A stretch of 64,000 nt of DNA from Anthoceros angustus (taxonomy: Eukaryota; Plantae; Anthocerotophyta): positions 186,001 to 250,000 of the forward strand of contig VJWM01000220.1 in NCBI GenBank assembly GCA_010909165.1. The letters are read 5' to 3'. Below are positions 1-11,798 of this stretch, piece after piece. Every line of letters begins with the position of its first letter. Positions within the stretch are counted from its first letter, which is position 1. The notes under the pieces were generated by a model. The model was not told the DNA's origin. It did no database searches and worked only from the letters and a program-made list of their open reading frames with translations. A program made the position numbers and the translations under genes.

Positions 1-122
1 ATCACCACCTTGTCGTGCATGTCAGCATACTGGAACAGATGAAGGTATCTCGCTCTGCCCGCAGGCTTACCAGATTCACCACCTTCACCCACATCTCCCT
101 CTCCGCATCCCGAGGACACCAT
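1..122 (-). CDS. 5' end of a full-size ABCB (MDR/PGP) ABC transporter, running off the window
   Basis: Manual translation from ATG 122 gives MVSSGCGEGDVGEGGESGKPAGRARYLHLFQYADMHDKVV. This resembles the LFxYADxxDxxxM motif preceding TM1 of plant ABCB proteins. An in-frame ATG at 182 is an alternative start. Only 40 codons are visible. Confidence 0.65.
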   Translation of the reverse strand, partial: MVSSGCGEGDVGEGGESGKPAGRARYLHLFQYADMHDKVV

Positions 123-1359
123 CTCCACTACTCTAGCAAGCCTACTCTTGCTTACGGGTGCTGTGTGCGAGCCTTCAAACATGATGTGACAACCACCAAA
201 GCTAGAAGGAAGTCCGGACTGGGCGGTGCCGTGTGCGGAAGTTGTGCAAGCAGTAGAGGGAAGGGAAGTACGGGAGAAGGAGCTCCTGGCCTAAGAGGTT
301 GTACTAGGCCCAAATGTGACGACTGATTCGTGATCAGCCATAGTAGTGGCATTTGAATATCATTGCTCGACAGAGATCCTTACCCAGGGCTGACAGGACG
401 CCGCAATTGGGTAAGGCACGGAGCGACAGCAGGCTATCAGGATCCACTACATACGTCCTGCCATAGAATGCGGCTGCTCATTGGACAGGATTACGAAGCG
501 TCGGCACGCATTCCGCATCCGCCTTGCGGGCCAGTGCTGGGCTCGGGTTCGCCAGTATCAACCTGGACCAGTCGGCGCACATCCATTCGCTGACAGGAAG
601 CGTGTTGCGCCAGAATCACATCTCCCTCGAGAGCTGCACATGGAGGACATCAGCCTGGACCTGCAGACTGTGTCCAGGGCGGAGTGTTCTCCATGATTGA
701 TCATGCCGGAGTGTAAAGAGAGGCACTGACAATGGGGCTCATCTTCCAGATGTCGGCCGACATGAAGCTTCCGTATCACATGTACTCCGGGGAAGAGATG
801 CTTGGCAGAAAATGGGTTTGAGTCACGATTTCCACGACCCCGTGCGGAAAGGGCTCCCCGATCTCGCGTCTTGGACAGTTACAAGGTTGCAAATCCCTGC
901 AGACGTCCGGCGTGGACGGGGTGAGCAAGCTCTACAGTCGTCTTTGGTCCTAGTCATTGCCTGTTCGCCCTCCACAAACCCAGCAAAGAAGCAGTGCTTT
1001 TGGGGGGTGTGGGTTGGACGCAGTCTGTGTGAGGAAGAGATAGGCTACAGGCATCTGATTGCTTCCCTCTAGGTCAACAACCGTGGCGCTCCATGTAGGT
1101 AAATGGAGGAGAGAAGGCTGCGTGTAAGAAACATTTGCATGCAAAAACGTGAACGGCATGAGACGTAGTGGTCTTGGACTCATACTTTCACCTACTGCTC
1201 AGCTTCGTTGGTGACACCCACGAGAGGTACCTGCGGGTGGAAAGAGGACTTGTCAGGATAGTACTAGAGTTCCCAGAGAATCTCAGAGAGGGGGATTGAT
1301 GACTGGGTGCTTCTACATACTCTCTCCTCCAGGATCAGTGGTTGGGTACCTGGACCCCA

Positions 1360-3284
1360 TCATGCTGTGGTGGTGCGCCACCGGGCTCCTGAGTTCACCA
1401 TTTTCAAGTATGCCGAAGAGAAGTCCTTGAAGAATAGTGTCTGATCCTCTGCGTAGGCCTTTATCCATCTGCATTGAGTGGAAAATGTTATGTCTTGTAA
1501 CAGTGGAAGGGCACCTCACAGGACTTCTGAGTGGACTACTCTTACTGTTGGCATTCCTCATCCTCACTGATTGCTCGATCTGAAGGGATGCCCATCATGC
1601 CCCCCCCACCTGCGTGGTTGTGATTCAGAGTCAGGGGCAACGTGAAGCTTGCAACCTGCGGTGAAAAGGGATGACGATCAAGTGCACTGGACAAGGTCAC
1701 GTACCGGAAGCCCAGGGCTTCTGTGCCAGTATCTTGAAGTAAGTATTGTCGAAAACCGTAGGCTGTCCAAAACCCTTTCCACCGATTGTGTGTGCTCCGG
1801 AGAGTACGACCAGTTCTTGCACCCTGCAAGTTTGCTCAACGATATTCCTCACCTCCCCGTGCAAAAGTACTTCTGCCTTCCAACTTCAAGCAGGACAAAA
1901 AACTGCCTCTTGCCATCTGGAAAGTTAGCTGGAATCTCATATGGCGTGGTCCTGTGTACTTACGAGAACCCCTTCTTCTTGAAGACCTCCTTTAGCTGAG
2001 ATGCTGGTAGAGTCTCCTCGGGGATTTGGCCCTCAGGGTCAGGCTCCCTGGAACACACAGAGGAGCCATCAGTTGCTCGTCATCATCCTTGAGTTCAAGC
2101 ATGGGGAGACACGAAAGGGGGACCTTACGAAGAATCTAGCCGACCTAGCTTGACGTCAATATCTGGTCCCCCACAAATTGCCACCGCCTCTGCCCCAGCT
2201 AACGCCACAAGGTCCGCCCAAGACACTGTCATCGAAGGAGGCTTCATGTTCAGGTGATAGGAGTAAGACGGTTTGAGAAGAGGGTATCCAATAGGTGGTG
2301 AGGCTTGTGACCAGTAACCAACCAGATGACACAACTTCGCTGTCTTCCTTGGCCTTTCTGAGGAACTACACAAGGTAACAAGTCTTCGTGAATGACAGAG
2401 TGGCCTTCTAAACGCTTTGAGGTAACCTCCTGCCAGATCCCTCCCACCTACAAAAGTGTAGAGAATCAGTGGTACCTTCAATGGTTTCTTGAGGCCAAAA
2501 TTCTCCAACCTGTCGAGCTCATTGAGAATGGAACCATTCATGCCTCCTGCAAACGGATGGCAACATGAGTCACCTGCCGTCCTACTAGAACTGAAACACA
2601 TGTAGACATCATCACCATCACCATGTGCAGCTTCCAGCACCTGTCTTGCTCTCTAGGTCGAAGGTCCCGGCGTCATGGAATGCAAGCCGAAGCATAGAGG
2701 GAGCCATAGCCTCGCTTATGTATGATTGGAGTTCCGATCTGATAGTCTTCACCAAATCTTCCCTTGACAACCACAACAGTCTTAGCCTCAATGCAATGGA
2801 AAGGTTTCCAGCCACATAGCTCGAGCCCCATTAGGTCAGTACGCCAACCCAGAACCTTACTCTGCAGCTTGTGCCAGGTACCCGCTCCTCCAATCTACGC
2901 CAAACCCAGAAGCAACAGAACTCCCCAGCACCAGAGCTGCTGCCAGCATTCCATGCCTCCTCCCGAAGACTTCTGGTGACGACTTCGAGCTTGCTTCTGA
3001 GCATTAAACAACGCAACAACCCGCAAGCACCTCATCATTCAGACGGCAGCACGGAGACCTTCCCATGCTCCACCTACCCGACAAGACGCCCGCTGCCCAT
3101 CACCAACCAGAGATGCATCACCTTGAGGACAGGCAGCGGAACAGACGCATGCGCCCGACCTACTGGGCATCTGCGTGCTGGGTCCCAGATACACCGCCTG
3201 CTTCACCTTCCCCGGGCAGACAGAGGAGGACACCCATGCTGTGCTGCAAAGCAACCCACAGCCGCTTGCAGAAGCAGCAGCCAT
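1360..3284 (-). CDS. APX6: Ascorbate peroxidase-related heme peroxidase (APX6/APX-R), plastid-targeted, about 10 exons
   Basis: GT-AG spliced exons join in frame: transit peptide (3284-3122), FGRRHGMLAAALVLG...AQAAE, MLRLAFHDAGTFDL, GGMNGSILNELDRLENFGLKKPLK, VSWADLVALAGAEAVAICGGP, EPDPEGQIPEETL, QELVVLSGAHTIGGKGFGQPTVFDNTYFKIL, GIPSDRAISEDEECQ, WIKAYAEDQTLFFKDFSSAYLKMVNSGARW, with TGA at 1360-1362. The short GAHTIGxKGFG loop is typical of APX6. Confidence 0.93.
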
Positions 3285-3753
3285 AGCCAGGCACAGATCT
3301 TCCACCCACTTGCGCCACCGACCCCAAATCCACCACCCAGCAGCAGCACGAGACGAATCCGAGACGACACGATCCCACGTCGAGCACATTTATTGGGTTG
3401 TCATCCACCCAGCGCCATTATTGTCATGCAGGTTTACTGAAGATGTTAATCCGCTCCTAGGCCGGGTTTGTTCAACTTTCCGAGGCGAGGCGATGTCTTC
3501 CACCGGCTCTTCTCTGAACCTGTGCACGGGCTGCTTCTAGGAAGATTCGCAAGGCGGGATGGCTGGAAACCGGGGATTCTCCCCATCCCGTTTCCTGGAG
3601 CGTGAAGCAGCGAGCAAGCATCGGATAGGGCGGGCTTGCTTCTGATGGTTTTGGGCTCTCTGGGCGTGTATAGCAACAGTACCCTGTACTGCAGAGGTTT
3701 GGGCGCAGCTAGGCTTGTGGCGGTCGGGGCGTGATGGCCCGGCTGCATGGCAG

Positions 3754-4575
3754 ATGAGAGTTGTGGGATCACAGCTGGAAGGAGAGGCAGATCGCAGCGC
3801 ATTGGAGGCGGATCCGAAAAATCAGCGGAGGCCGGGGGCCGGTGACTGGGAAGGCCGAGAGCTCGGGGAGCCGGGATCCGTGATTCCGGACATGGCTGGA
3901 GGCGGGAGAGCGCTGGAAGCGAGCGGTTTTCCCCTGCTCAAGCAGGCAGAGGAGGTGGCTGGGGAGCGGGAGGCAGAGGAGACGGCTATGGAGGTGGAGG
4001 AAGGTGCGGGGATGGAGACGGCGGAGAGCAGGAAGCGGAGGCTGGAGATGGGCATGGTGGAGTATGTGGAGAGGTACTTCTACCAGTACAGGGATCGGAG
4101 GATGCCCACCATCGTTTCTGCCAAGCAGAGCGAGCAAAACGGGAGCTTCACAATTGACATGGGGGGGGAGGTGGGGGAGGGAGATGGAAGTGGGGATGGA
4201 CAAGGGCAGCAGCAGCAGCAGCAGATGGAAGTGGAGTCTTCTTCTTCTTCTGAGGAAGAGGATGAGACCTTGACGCAGAATCGGAGGCAGGCGTTGCTGA
4301 TTGCCCGGCAAATGACCTTGAGATCTAACCTCCTGAGGCAGGTGGCGGGAACGTTGCCGTCCAGGCAACCGGAGACGGCTCTGCCCATGGCATCTAGGGC
4401 GTTGAGGGATATGTTGAGGCGGATGTCGGATGTGGATGTCTTGACGCACCATTTGCTAGAGACGTCGAGGCAGCAGCTTCGGACTCGGACCAACTTGTTG
4501 GAGTCTTCTGGGGATGACCAGAGGCCAACCGGCCCACATGAAGGCAGTGACAGTCACCGGGATCCGCACAGATGA
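3754..4575 (+). CDS. Hypothetical single-exon acidic protein with poly-Q and S/E tracts
   Basis: Purine-rich ORF of about 273 codons from ATG 3754 (alternative ATG 3892), filling the space between two genes. No family recognised. Confidence 0.55.
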   Translation: MRVVGSQLEGEADRSALEADPKNQRRPGAGDWEGRELGEPGSVIPDMAGGGRALEASGFPLLKQAEEVAGEREAEETAMEVEEGAGMETAESRKRRLEMGMVEYVERYFYQYRDRRMPTIVSAKQSEQNGSFTIDMGGEVGEGDGSGDGQGQQQQQQMEVESSSSSEEEDETLTQNRRQALLIARQMTLRSNLLRQVAGTLPSRQPETALPMASRALRDMLRRMSDVDVLTHHLLETSRQQLRTRTNLLESSGDDQRPTGPHEGSDSHRDPHR

Positions 4576-4766
4576 TTGTCTTGTTGCTGTCGGAGGAGAG
4601 AAGATTTTGTTGTGGGAGCTCGAGCACCCGTGGTTGGCAGCTTTTGTTCTGGGATTCTTTGCTAGGTTTGGCAAATTGGTGCAATGGCGCCATCTGATCC
4701 AGGCTTCCAGTTTGCAGAACATTGGATGATTACCATGTACATAATGAGCGACTCAAGATGCTTGTC

Positions 4767-6225
4767 TTATCGTTTACTTCTCTTCTTACCAGCGCCATCG
4801 TTGGCAACCCCAGAGGCAGAGGGAGGTGCTGGGTTTCTCTTCTTTGCTATGCCTACAAGGTGTGGGTCTTGGAAGTCCAAAACTTCTTCAAACTCCAACT
4901 TTTCTAAATCCTGTGTCTCCTGCAGAATATCGACAAGCAAGTTGTGACGCTTATCAAGTCTTGTGATACAGACATAACGTAGGGTAGGTTCTGGACAGCA
5001 TCTTACCTGGATATATTTCAGGAGGTCGCGAGAGTAGCTCCTTGTTGATCCAAAGGTTTTGGTCAGGCTTTCGAGCACTGTTTGTGCTGCTCGAACAAAT
5101 TGCCCCTTGGCACCCACATTCTCAATGATTATGAAAGGCTGAGAACGAGTGAAAACGTCGTTAGTTACAACCTGTCTCTCGTATTTGGCAGTCTACCAAA
5201 GCTTGGCGTGCGTACCTTGCCAGGCTTCAAAATTCGCACCGCTTCACGGAGAACTCCAGCTATACTACCATCGGCCACATCACATAAGCAGTATACACTC
5301 ACCTGCATTAACACGACGAATGCATCTTAGAAGACTAACATGGTTTTACGGAGAATACTTTGCGCAGTCAACAAGGGCACCACCTACCACTGCATCCACA
5401 CTGCTTGAGGGCATCCCCAAATTATCCAAAGGTCTGGCTTTCACGACAATCGGGACACCTGCATTCAAAGCTGCTCACTGTCTGGCTAACGTTAGTGAAC
5501 AATACCATAGGGAGGAAGACGCTGCCACAGAAAGAGGGAAACGAAAATCAAGGAAGCCTGCTTTGGATTGGAAGAAGTTCTGACCTTGTTGTTCCAGAAC
5601 CTGAGTGTTGGGCTTAGCACTGACTGCAACAACTTGCACAGTGTCTTTGGGATAGTAATACAGATTTCTGCCCTCATGTATACTCAGATCCAGAACCTTA
5701 GCTCCACCTCTCGGTACATGCCTGGATAGCATGGCTGCAATGATATACTGTAACCACTCGTTAGACGGGCTGAACAGCCGATTCTTCCACAGCCAAGCCG
5801 TGAGAATGAAGCAGAGCACTGAAACCGATTCCTGAGACCGGAAGACAAACCTGCATTTTGAAATAAACCACAGCACGCACAGTGGCGAATCCGAGGAGAG
5901 TGGTGACAGCCACAGCCGATGCTGCTGTGTCAGGAGACACATCAAACGGCAATGCCATGGACAGGATGCTCCCTGGCCTCCGCCTGCGAGCATCACGAAA
6001 CGACATTGATGCTGCCAATAACCCTGCATTTCAGGCAGCAGATCCGAGTTCCACATACCTCATCCGGTTGCCCCTGCCACACGTGCTTCTCAGTTCAGGA
6101 GCTCGAAGCAGGAATGTACGAGGACCGAATGCTGCAGCATAGCCGAGTCTGAAAATGCGCGTCCCGTGGTAGCGGGGACAAGCTGCTCCCACGCTGGGCG
6201 GAGGCGTGCTGAGCAGCAGCTCCAT
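4767..6225 (-). CDS. SAM-dependent methyltransferase-like protein (Methyltransf_11/METTL7-like), probably plastid-targeted with one hydrophobic segment
   Basis: Spliced exons: MELLLSTPP...RM, a 75-nt intron (6058-5984) that removes an in-frame TGA, ...VAVTTLLGFATVRAVVYFKMQ, YIIAAMLSRHVPRGGAKVLDLSIHEGRNLYYYP, LGMPSSSVDAV, VSVYCLCDV...LREAVRILKPGK, PFIIIENVG..., QDPHLVGIAKK...*. The SVDAV and ExxRILKPG motifs are typical of class I methyltransferases. Confidence 0.8.
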
Positions 6226-6349
6226 TTCACACAAAGCAATCTCACCTGCTCTCTGCCCTCTCCTTAAGACGGGAGAAGAAAACGGGAAGGTGGCTTAGGG
6301 TTCACGTGGTGAAGCGCAGGAGGAGGCGAGCAGCGGGAAGGAATCAAGG

Positions 6350-6970
6350 ATGGGATTCGAGGCGGCCAAGATCATCCTGGGCTCGTCCTCGGCGACGAGG
6401 CAGCTCCTTCTGAAGGAAATGGGGCTGGATTTCGAGGTGGTGAAGGCGGGTGTGGACGAGAGCTCCATCCGGCGGGCCAAGCCGGAGGAGCTGGTGCTGG
6501 CTCTGGCAGAGGCGAAGGCGGACGCGGTCATCGCCAGACTGGAGGAGACGAGGCCGGAGCTCTTCCGCCCCGGGGCGCTCCCGGTTGTGCTCATCACGGC
6601 AGACCAGGTGGTGGTGCACGAGGGGGCCGTGAGGGAGAAGCCCAGGACGCATGAAGAGGCCCGCTTCTTCATCCAGGGCTACTCCCGCTCCCCGGCCAGC
6701 ACCGTGAGCGCCATTCTGGTGACCAATCTCAGCACCGGGTTCAAGAAGGCGGGGGTGGACAGGACGGAGATCTACTTCCACCCCATTCCGGAGAGCGTGG
6801 TGGACACGCTGGTGGAGGAGGGCGGGGTGTTCCAGGCCGCGGGGGGCCTGCTGGTGGAGCATCCGCTGGTGTCCCCGCTTGTGGCTGCCATGATCGGGCC
6901 TCTGGACAGCGTCATGGGCCTGCCCAAGGATCTCACTGCTGCTCTGCTGGCGGAGGCGCTGGAGTCCTGA
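6350..6970 (+). CDS. Maf-like nucleoside triphosphate pyrophosphatase (plant Maf/YceF-like), intronless
   Basis: 206-aa ORF with the Maf motifs ILGSSSATR, LALAEAKA, ITADQVV, REKP and SVMGLP, and strong GC3 bias. Confidence 0.92.
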   Translation: MGFEAAKIILGSSSATRQLLLKEMGLDFEVVKAGVDESSIRRAKPEELVLALAEAKADAVIARLEETRPELFRPGALPVVLITADQVVVHEGAVREKPRTHEEARFFIQGYSRSPASTVSAILVTNLSTGFKKAGVDRTEIYFHPIPESVVDTLVEEGGVFQAAGGLLVEHPLVSPLVAAMIGPLDSVMGLPKDLTAALLAEALES

Positions 6971-7279
6971 TTCTGCCTGGAGGCGGTGATGGGTGTTACA
7001 GATTCTGCTCAGATTGGTGGAGCCTGGTGTGGTTGGGGCTGGTCCCTAACGGTCACAGGCAACCTAACCAACCTGGGTCCTTCTTCACGCTTTCAGTTGG
7101 TGTATTGGAAGATGGAGTTGCCCGACTCCGAGCTTGGAGGTGACAGAAACATCTGAAATCACGGAGTTTGCATGAGTTTGTACAAGTTTTTGGCTTGCCT
7201 TCAGCCCCCAGCCGCGGACAGGAATTCACGACGCCCAGGGGGGGAAGCGTACCAGAGACTGCCGCCTCAAGCTCAGGAC

Positions 7280-7651
7280 ATGGGATTCCGGCCATGTGGA
7301 TTCTTGCTAGGCTTGCCTTTTATGCTGGCTACCTCGCTGCTCACCCTCGTGGGCTGCGTCATCTGGCTCGTCGGGTACAGATTCTTACTCTGCGCCGTCT
7401 CTAAATTGTCATTCTCAGAGACAATTTCGTACTATGTTGATCAGAATTCTGTGAAAATTTCTCGAGGTGCCGACCAGTTCCATTGCAGCTGTGTATCGGC
7501 TGAAGATTGTGAAATTGTGTGTTGCAGAACAATCGTAGGCTGCATCTGCCCATGCTGTGCTTGCATTCCTTGTGTGGTTGGTTTCGCACTCACTCTCATC
7601 AAATTGCCTATGCGAGTAACAGAGTGGTTTACTGAGAAGATCCCTTGCTGA
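7280..7651 (+). CDS. TAX1: TAXIMIN-type cysteine-rich signalling peptide, 2 exons (intron 7375-7527)
   Basis: Spliced product MGFRPCGFLLGLPFMLATSLLTLVGCVIWLVGTIVGCICPCCACIPCVVGFALTLIKLPMRVTEWFTEKIPC matches the TAXIMIN pattern RPxGFLLGLPF...CICPCC...LIKxP...WFTxKIPC. Confidence 0.9.
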   Translation: MGFRPCGFLLGLPFMLATSLLTLVGCVIWLVGYRFLLCAVSKLSFSETISYYVDQNSVKISRGADQFHCSCVSAEDCEIVCCRTIVGCICPCCACIPCVVGFALTLIKLPMRVTEWFTEKIPC

Positions 7652-8308
7652 GAGGCCAGGGGCGTTTACGCCACTGGAAGATGCCCGCAATTTCCCTTGT
7701 TGAGAGAATGGGACGTTTACGCTATTGGAAGCTGAAGCAGCTGTTATGGAGGCTACGACGAGCGACCGCGTCCAGATCTATCAGCCACGACAGCTGGGGC
7801 GCCTGTTCACGCATCTGCTATGCTTAGTGTTGTGGGACATTTTTCTTCGGGAACTCCTCGGAACAGTAGGAGGCCGATGTTGCTTAACTCACATCTTGAA
7901 CATCTTGGACCGGCAACTGGCATCTTGAGTTGAGTCCACCAGGCGTGGTCAGCAAATCTTGTACAGTACATCCTCTCCTTGCTGACATGTCAAAACATGG
8001 AAGCCGTAAGACACCAAAGGCGAAGGAACCTTTTGACTGAACAAGGACACGTCACAGTGAAGCATGTCCAATTTTCACATACCTACACTAGGTAAACGCC
8101 GATCCGCTTTTCATGCATCAACAGAAAGAGAAGCGGCCCCTCAAAAATAACTGCTGTCAGGAGCATTGTTGCTGCCAATGTATGACCTCCATGAAGCAGA
8201 CAGGAATCTGACAAACAAAACAGATGTGTACAGCTAAGACGCCCGTTTAGAGTGCGACAAGGGAAAAACCAGCCAGTTTTAGGATCCATCTTGGACACCG
8301 GGTTACCT

Positions 8309-9722
8309 TCAGACTGCAGCAGCATCCTTAAAGGCATCTTCTGAAGCCTCAACCGCATCTTCTGAAGCCTCAACATCTGCAAGAAACGGACTGTCCGACG
8401 TCAAACCCTGATATCAATTCTGTTAACCGGAACGTTCTACCCCAGCACAGAGTACTTGCAAAAATGCAATACTAGCAGGCAGATACTAGGCTATCTAGAT
8501 GTGGGCAGAAGAAAGAGAGTGGGCAAAATCCAGACCTTGTGGGCTTCCACTCTCAGGGGACTTCATGCCGCTAGGGTTCTCACAACCGCATCTGCTGCAA
8601 ATTCTCCGATCCTTTGGGGACTTGTCGATATTCATGTCGGGAACGGTTGAATAAATAGCAAACTTGTTTTCCAGCATCCACCGCCCGTCGTCGAACCGTG
8701 TGACTCGAAACAAAGGCCACCTGTTGATGCGCACCTGCTGCACTCTCTCTCCACTTTTAGGTGGCACAATTCTCCTGCAATCAAGCATACAGATATCATA
8801 CACGAGGAACTACGAAGCACCTTTCCACCACATAACCTCCTTAACACCCTTGAAACTCCGACCACGAAGGAGCAGTACCACATAGATTCGTTCCCACCCC
8901 AAATGGGATCTCCGGGATCGGCTCTGATGCAGCCATCGCAGCGGAAGTATCTGTGAAGCGGAGGCAATCCTCTGTACGTAGGATCCAGCAGCGTCCAGTA
9001 AGAACCGCATGTCTAACACGCACAGAGAAACTCGTCATTCACCTGTGAACAACTACAAAGAGGAAGGAAGAACGATGGAAGCCCGCAAAGACTTACTGGC
9101 TTCAGTCTGATTTCCCATGTACGAGCACAGGCTTCACGAAGAGTGATCTCCACCTGTCAAGACAGAGGACAGCCACAAAAAATTCAACAAACCAAAACCA
9201 TAATCTTGCAACCCTGGTGCAACATCCTCGTGACCGAACTATCCTACTGCGGCTCACCTGCCCGATGTCAGCGCGGGTAACCGAGAACGCCTGACACCGA
9301 GGCATCTGAGGGCACCGCAGAAGCTCTGCAGGCATGTGCGCCCTCCACTTCCACAACTCAACACAGAAGGGCTGCCAGAGCGCATCCACCTTAGCCACGC
9401 TCCCCCACCGCTTGCTCACCAACATGCACCGTGCCAGGCTGTGCGCATCCACCAGCTTGAGAATCCTGACTTGCAGGAAATCCGCACCGAAAACCTCCAC
9501 CGGATCCAAGACACGCTCTCCACCCGGACCTACCATGCCTCCATGACCTCTTTCTGCACTCTCCTCAGCCTCTCCCCTCCTGGCTCTCTTCGGCAAAGAG
9601 GCGTCCTCAACCCCAACCCCCTCTCCCTCTCCCTCCGCAGCAAGCCCCCGCTTGCGCACACCTTGAGCCTCATCGTTCCGACTTTCCGAACAGGCGGAGA
9701 CACCGCCAGTCTGAGTCTGCAT
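8309..9722 (-). CDS. F-box protein with a plant-specific C-terminal domain, 4-5 exons
   Basis: F-box LDPVEVFG...ILKLVDAHSLARCMLVSKRW...DALWQPFC, then spliced exons VEITLREACARTWEIRLKP, YWTLLDP...PPLHRYFRCDGCIRADPGDPIWGGNES and VRINRWP...YSTVPD. It stops either at 8495 or through a phase-compatible last exon DVEASEDAVEASEDAFKDAAAV* ending at 8309. Confidence 0.82.
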
Positions 9723-11640
9723 CGACGAACTCCGCAGCCCCGCGGCAGCAGTCTCCCGCCCTGACTCCCCCCTTTCCCCCTCCGCCTCCCAATCGCGAGA
9801 TCCCACGCTCGCGAGAACCCGGCCCCGCACCCCGCCGGTGGCCCTTGCTCAGCAGCGGTGCAGTCCCTGCTGCAACTTTCACCGCATCCTGCTGCATCTG
9901 CCGATACGGAAATTCCCCGGCCACTCCGAAATCACACAAGCCACTCCACTACCGCAACCAACTCGACATGAACCCCCGCGACAGAGCCCCGGACCGAAAT
10001 GAAGTCACGAAAGCGGGCGCCTGGCACCAAGCCGGAATGGACGCCATCGCAATCACCGGCCACACAAAGGAGCCGACGTCATCACCCTCACCAACGAACC
10101 CTGGGCGCGAAGCCCAAGGCCGGGGACTCACACGAGCGAGTCCGGCGCGAGGCCGGAAGCAAAGCAAACAAGGGCGGGAGCAGACAGGACCGCAACACAC
10201 GTTCCCTTCCCTCCTGACACACCCGGAGTCCGGACCCGGACAGTGAGAAGCGAAGGACACCACATATCGTGCGCTGGTGCGTGCAACATAGCCATGTACG
10301 TATGTAGGGTGTCCACGTCCGGCGTGCACGCTGCACAGTGCAACGGCAGGGGGTTTGTCCACAAACGGAGGCGCAGGTGTGGAGACTCTTCCGTGCAGGT
10401 GCAGATTCCTCGATTCCTCGATTCCTCCTCGCAATGTGGCCCCGCACGGGCGCGCCTATATCGCCCAGCCTGCATTATTTACCCGGCTATGGCGTCACTC
10501 CGGCTTTGAGTCGCGCGTGGGCGGGGGGCCCTCTGGGCCGCTGCCGCCAATGGGCCTCCGGCACGACCGGCAGGATCCGATTTCCCGTCTATATCAGGCT
10601 GCACCACGACTGCACGAGGACCCATGCGACACGCTCTCCTTTGGACTTTGTCGCCTGGATATTAGAGCTGTGAGTCGTCACTTGTCCGCGCTCCACTGCC
10701 TCATTCTCTACCTCTTTCTGTCTGCTTTCTGTACTTGTAAAGTGGAAACCAACCATGTATTGTATTCATCCACCCTGCCACCAAACCAACGGTATGCGAA
10801 TCAACTTTTTTTTAATATTAGATAATATTATAAATTTTGTTGGTTCGTTGGCTTAAGAAGGATGGGCCAAAACCATCACACATCTTCGTCCTTCTAGAAA
10901 CATAAATCCATTGGAACTCCAGAGTCAAGGGTTCTTTAGATCGTGTGTCATTAATAATTTGGGGGCTCTCTATTGGAAGAGCCTTATGGGCATCCTAGGG
11001 AATGGCACATCATCCTTTATTTTAATAGCTATGTGGAATTGGACATAATCCATATATGTCAATCAACTCTTTTTTATTTAATAATTAATTTTAACATATA
11101 TAAATATATCAAAAAAAAGGACAAGTACTACAGGCCTAATCCATATTTATCTCAAAAGAGTGATAACTCAAGTAACACAGTTATCCCATGTTATCTCATA
11201 TACTTAAAATAAATGGAGAAAAGAAGACTATATTACAAAAAAGAGATGGGAAAAACCCATTCACCCCAAAAACAAAGGGAAAAAACCCAACGAAGGGCAC
11301 CATGTCAAGGAGACTAGCCCCCTGGATTACGCATTTCAAAACTACCAACCGCTCGAAGAACTTCAGGGTTAGAAATGTGAAAAGGCCTACTTACCAGCGG
11401 TTAGGGATGTGAAAAGGCCTACTTACCACCGGAATTGAAGAAGCTGCATCTCCCGCACTAGCTATCATTTTGTACACTGCGTTGGCCAATGCCCTCTACA
11501 GAGTGATGGAAACCCTCTGCCCGGAAAATATATCAAACTCTTATTCTTGAAAACCCCTAAAGTTATGCTTGTCTCTTGAAATCCTTCATCCCTTACTCGG
11601 CACAATACCCATCGTAAGGATTGTACCTGCCTGCAACATG

Positions 11641-11798
11641 GTTTGAATTACAAGAAAATAACACATAACAGTTTGAATTACACGAAAGTGAGACAAATGA
11701 GATAAAACGGTTTGAATTACACGAAAGTGAGACAAAACGGTTTGAATTACACAAAAGTGAGACAAAAACATTTCGTATTACACAACAATGAGACAAAA
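11641..11798. repeat. About 30-bp tandem repeat, roughly 5 copies, in an AT-rich tract
   Basis: Repeated gtttgaattacacgaaagtgagacaaaacg with variants. Confidence 0.85.

Noticed and set aside
330-1300. Possible small spliced gene between APX6 and the ABCB start
   Set aside because: Splice-like signals exist, but I could not build a phase-consistent recognisable protein. It may be UTR or promoter sequence.
6031-6033. In-frame TGA suggesting readthrough or editing in the methyltransferase
   Set aside because: A 75-nt GT-AG intron (6058-5984) removes it and keeps the frame.
6295-6862. Long antisense ORFs over Maf (and similarly over 3769-4493)
   Set aside because: Shadow ORFs caused by high GC3 codon bias.
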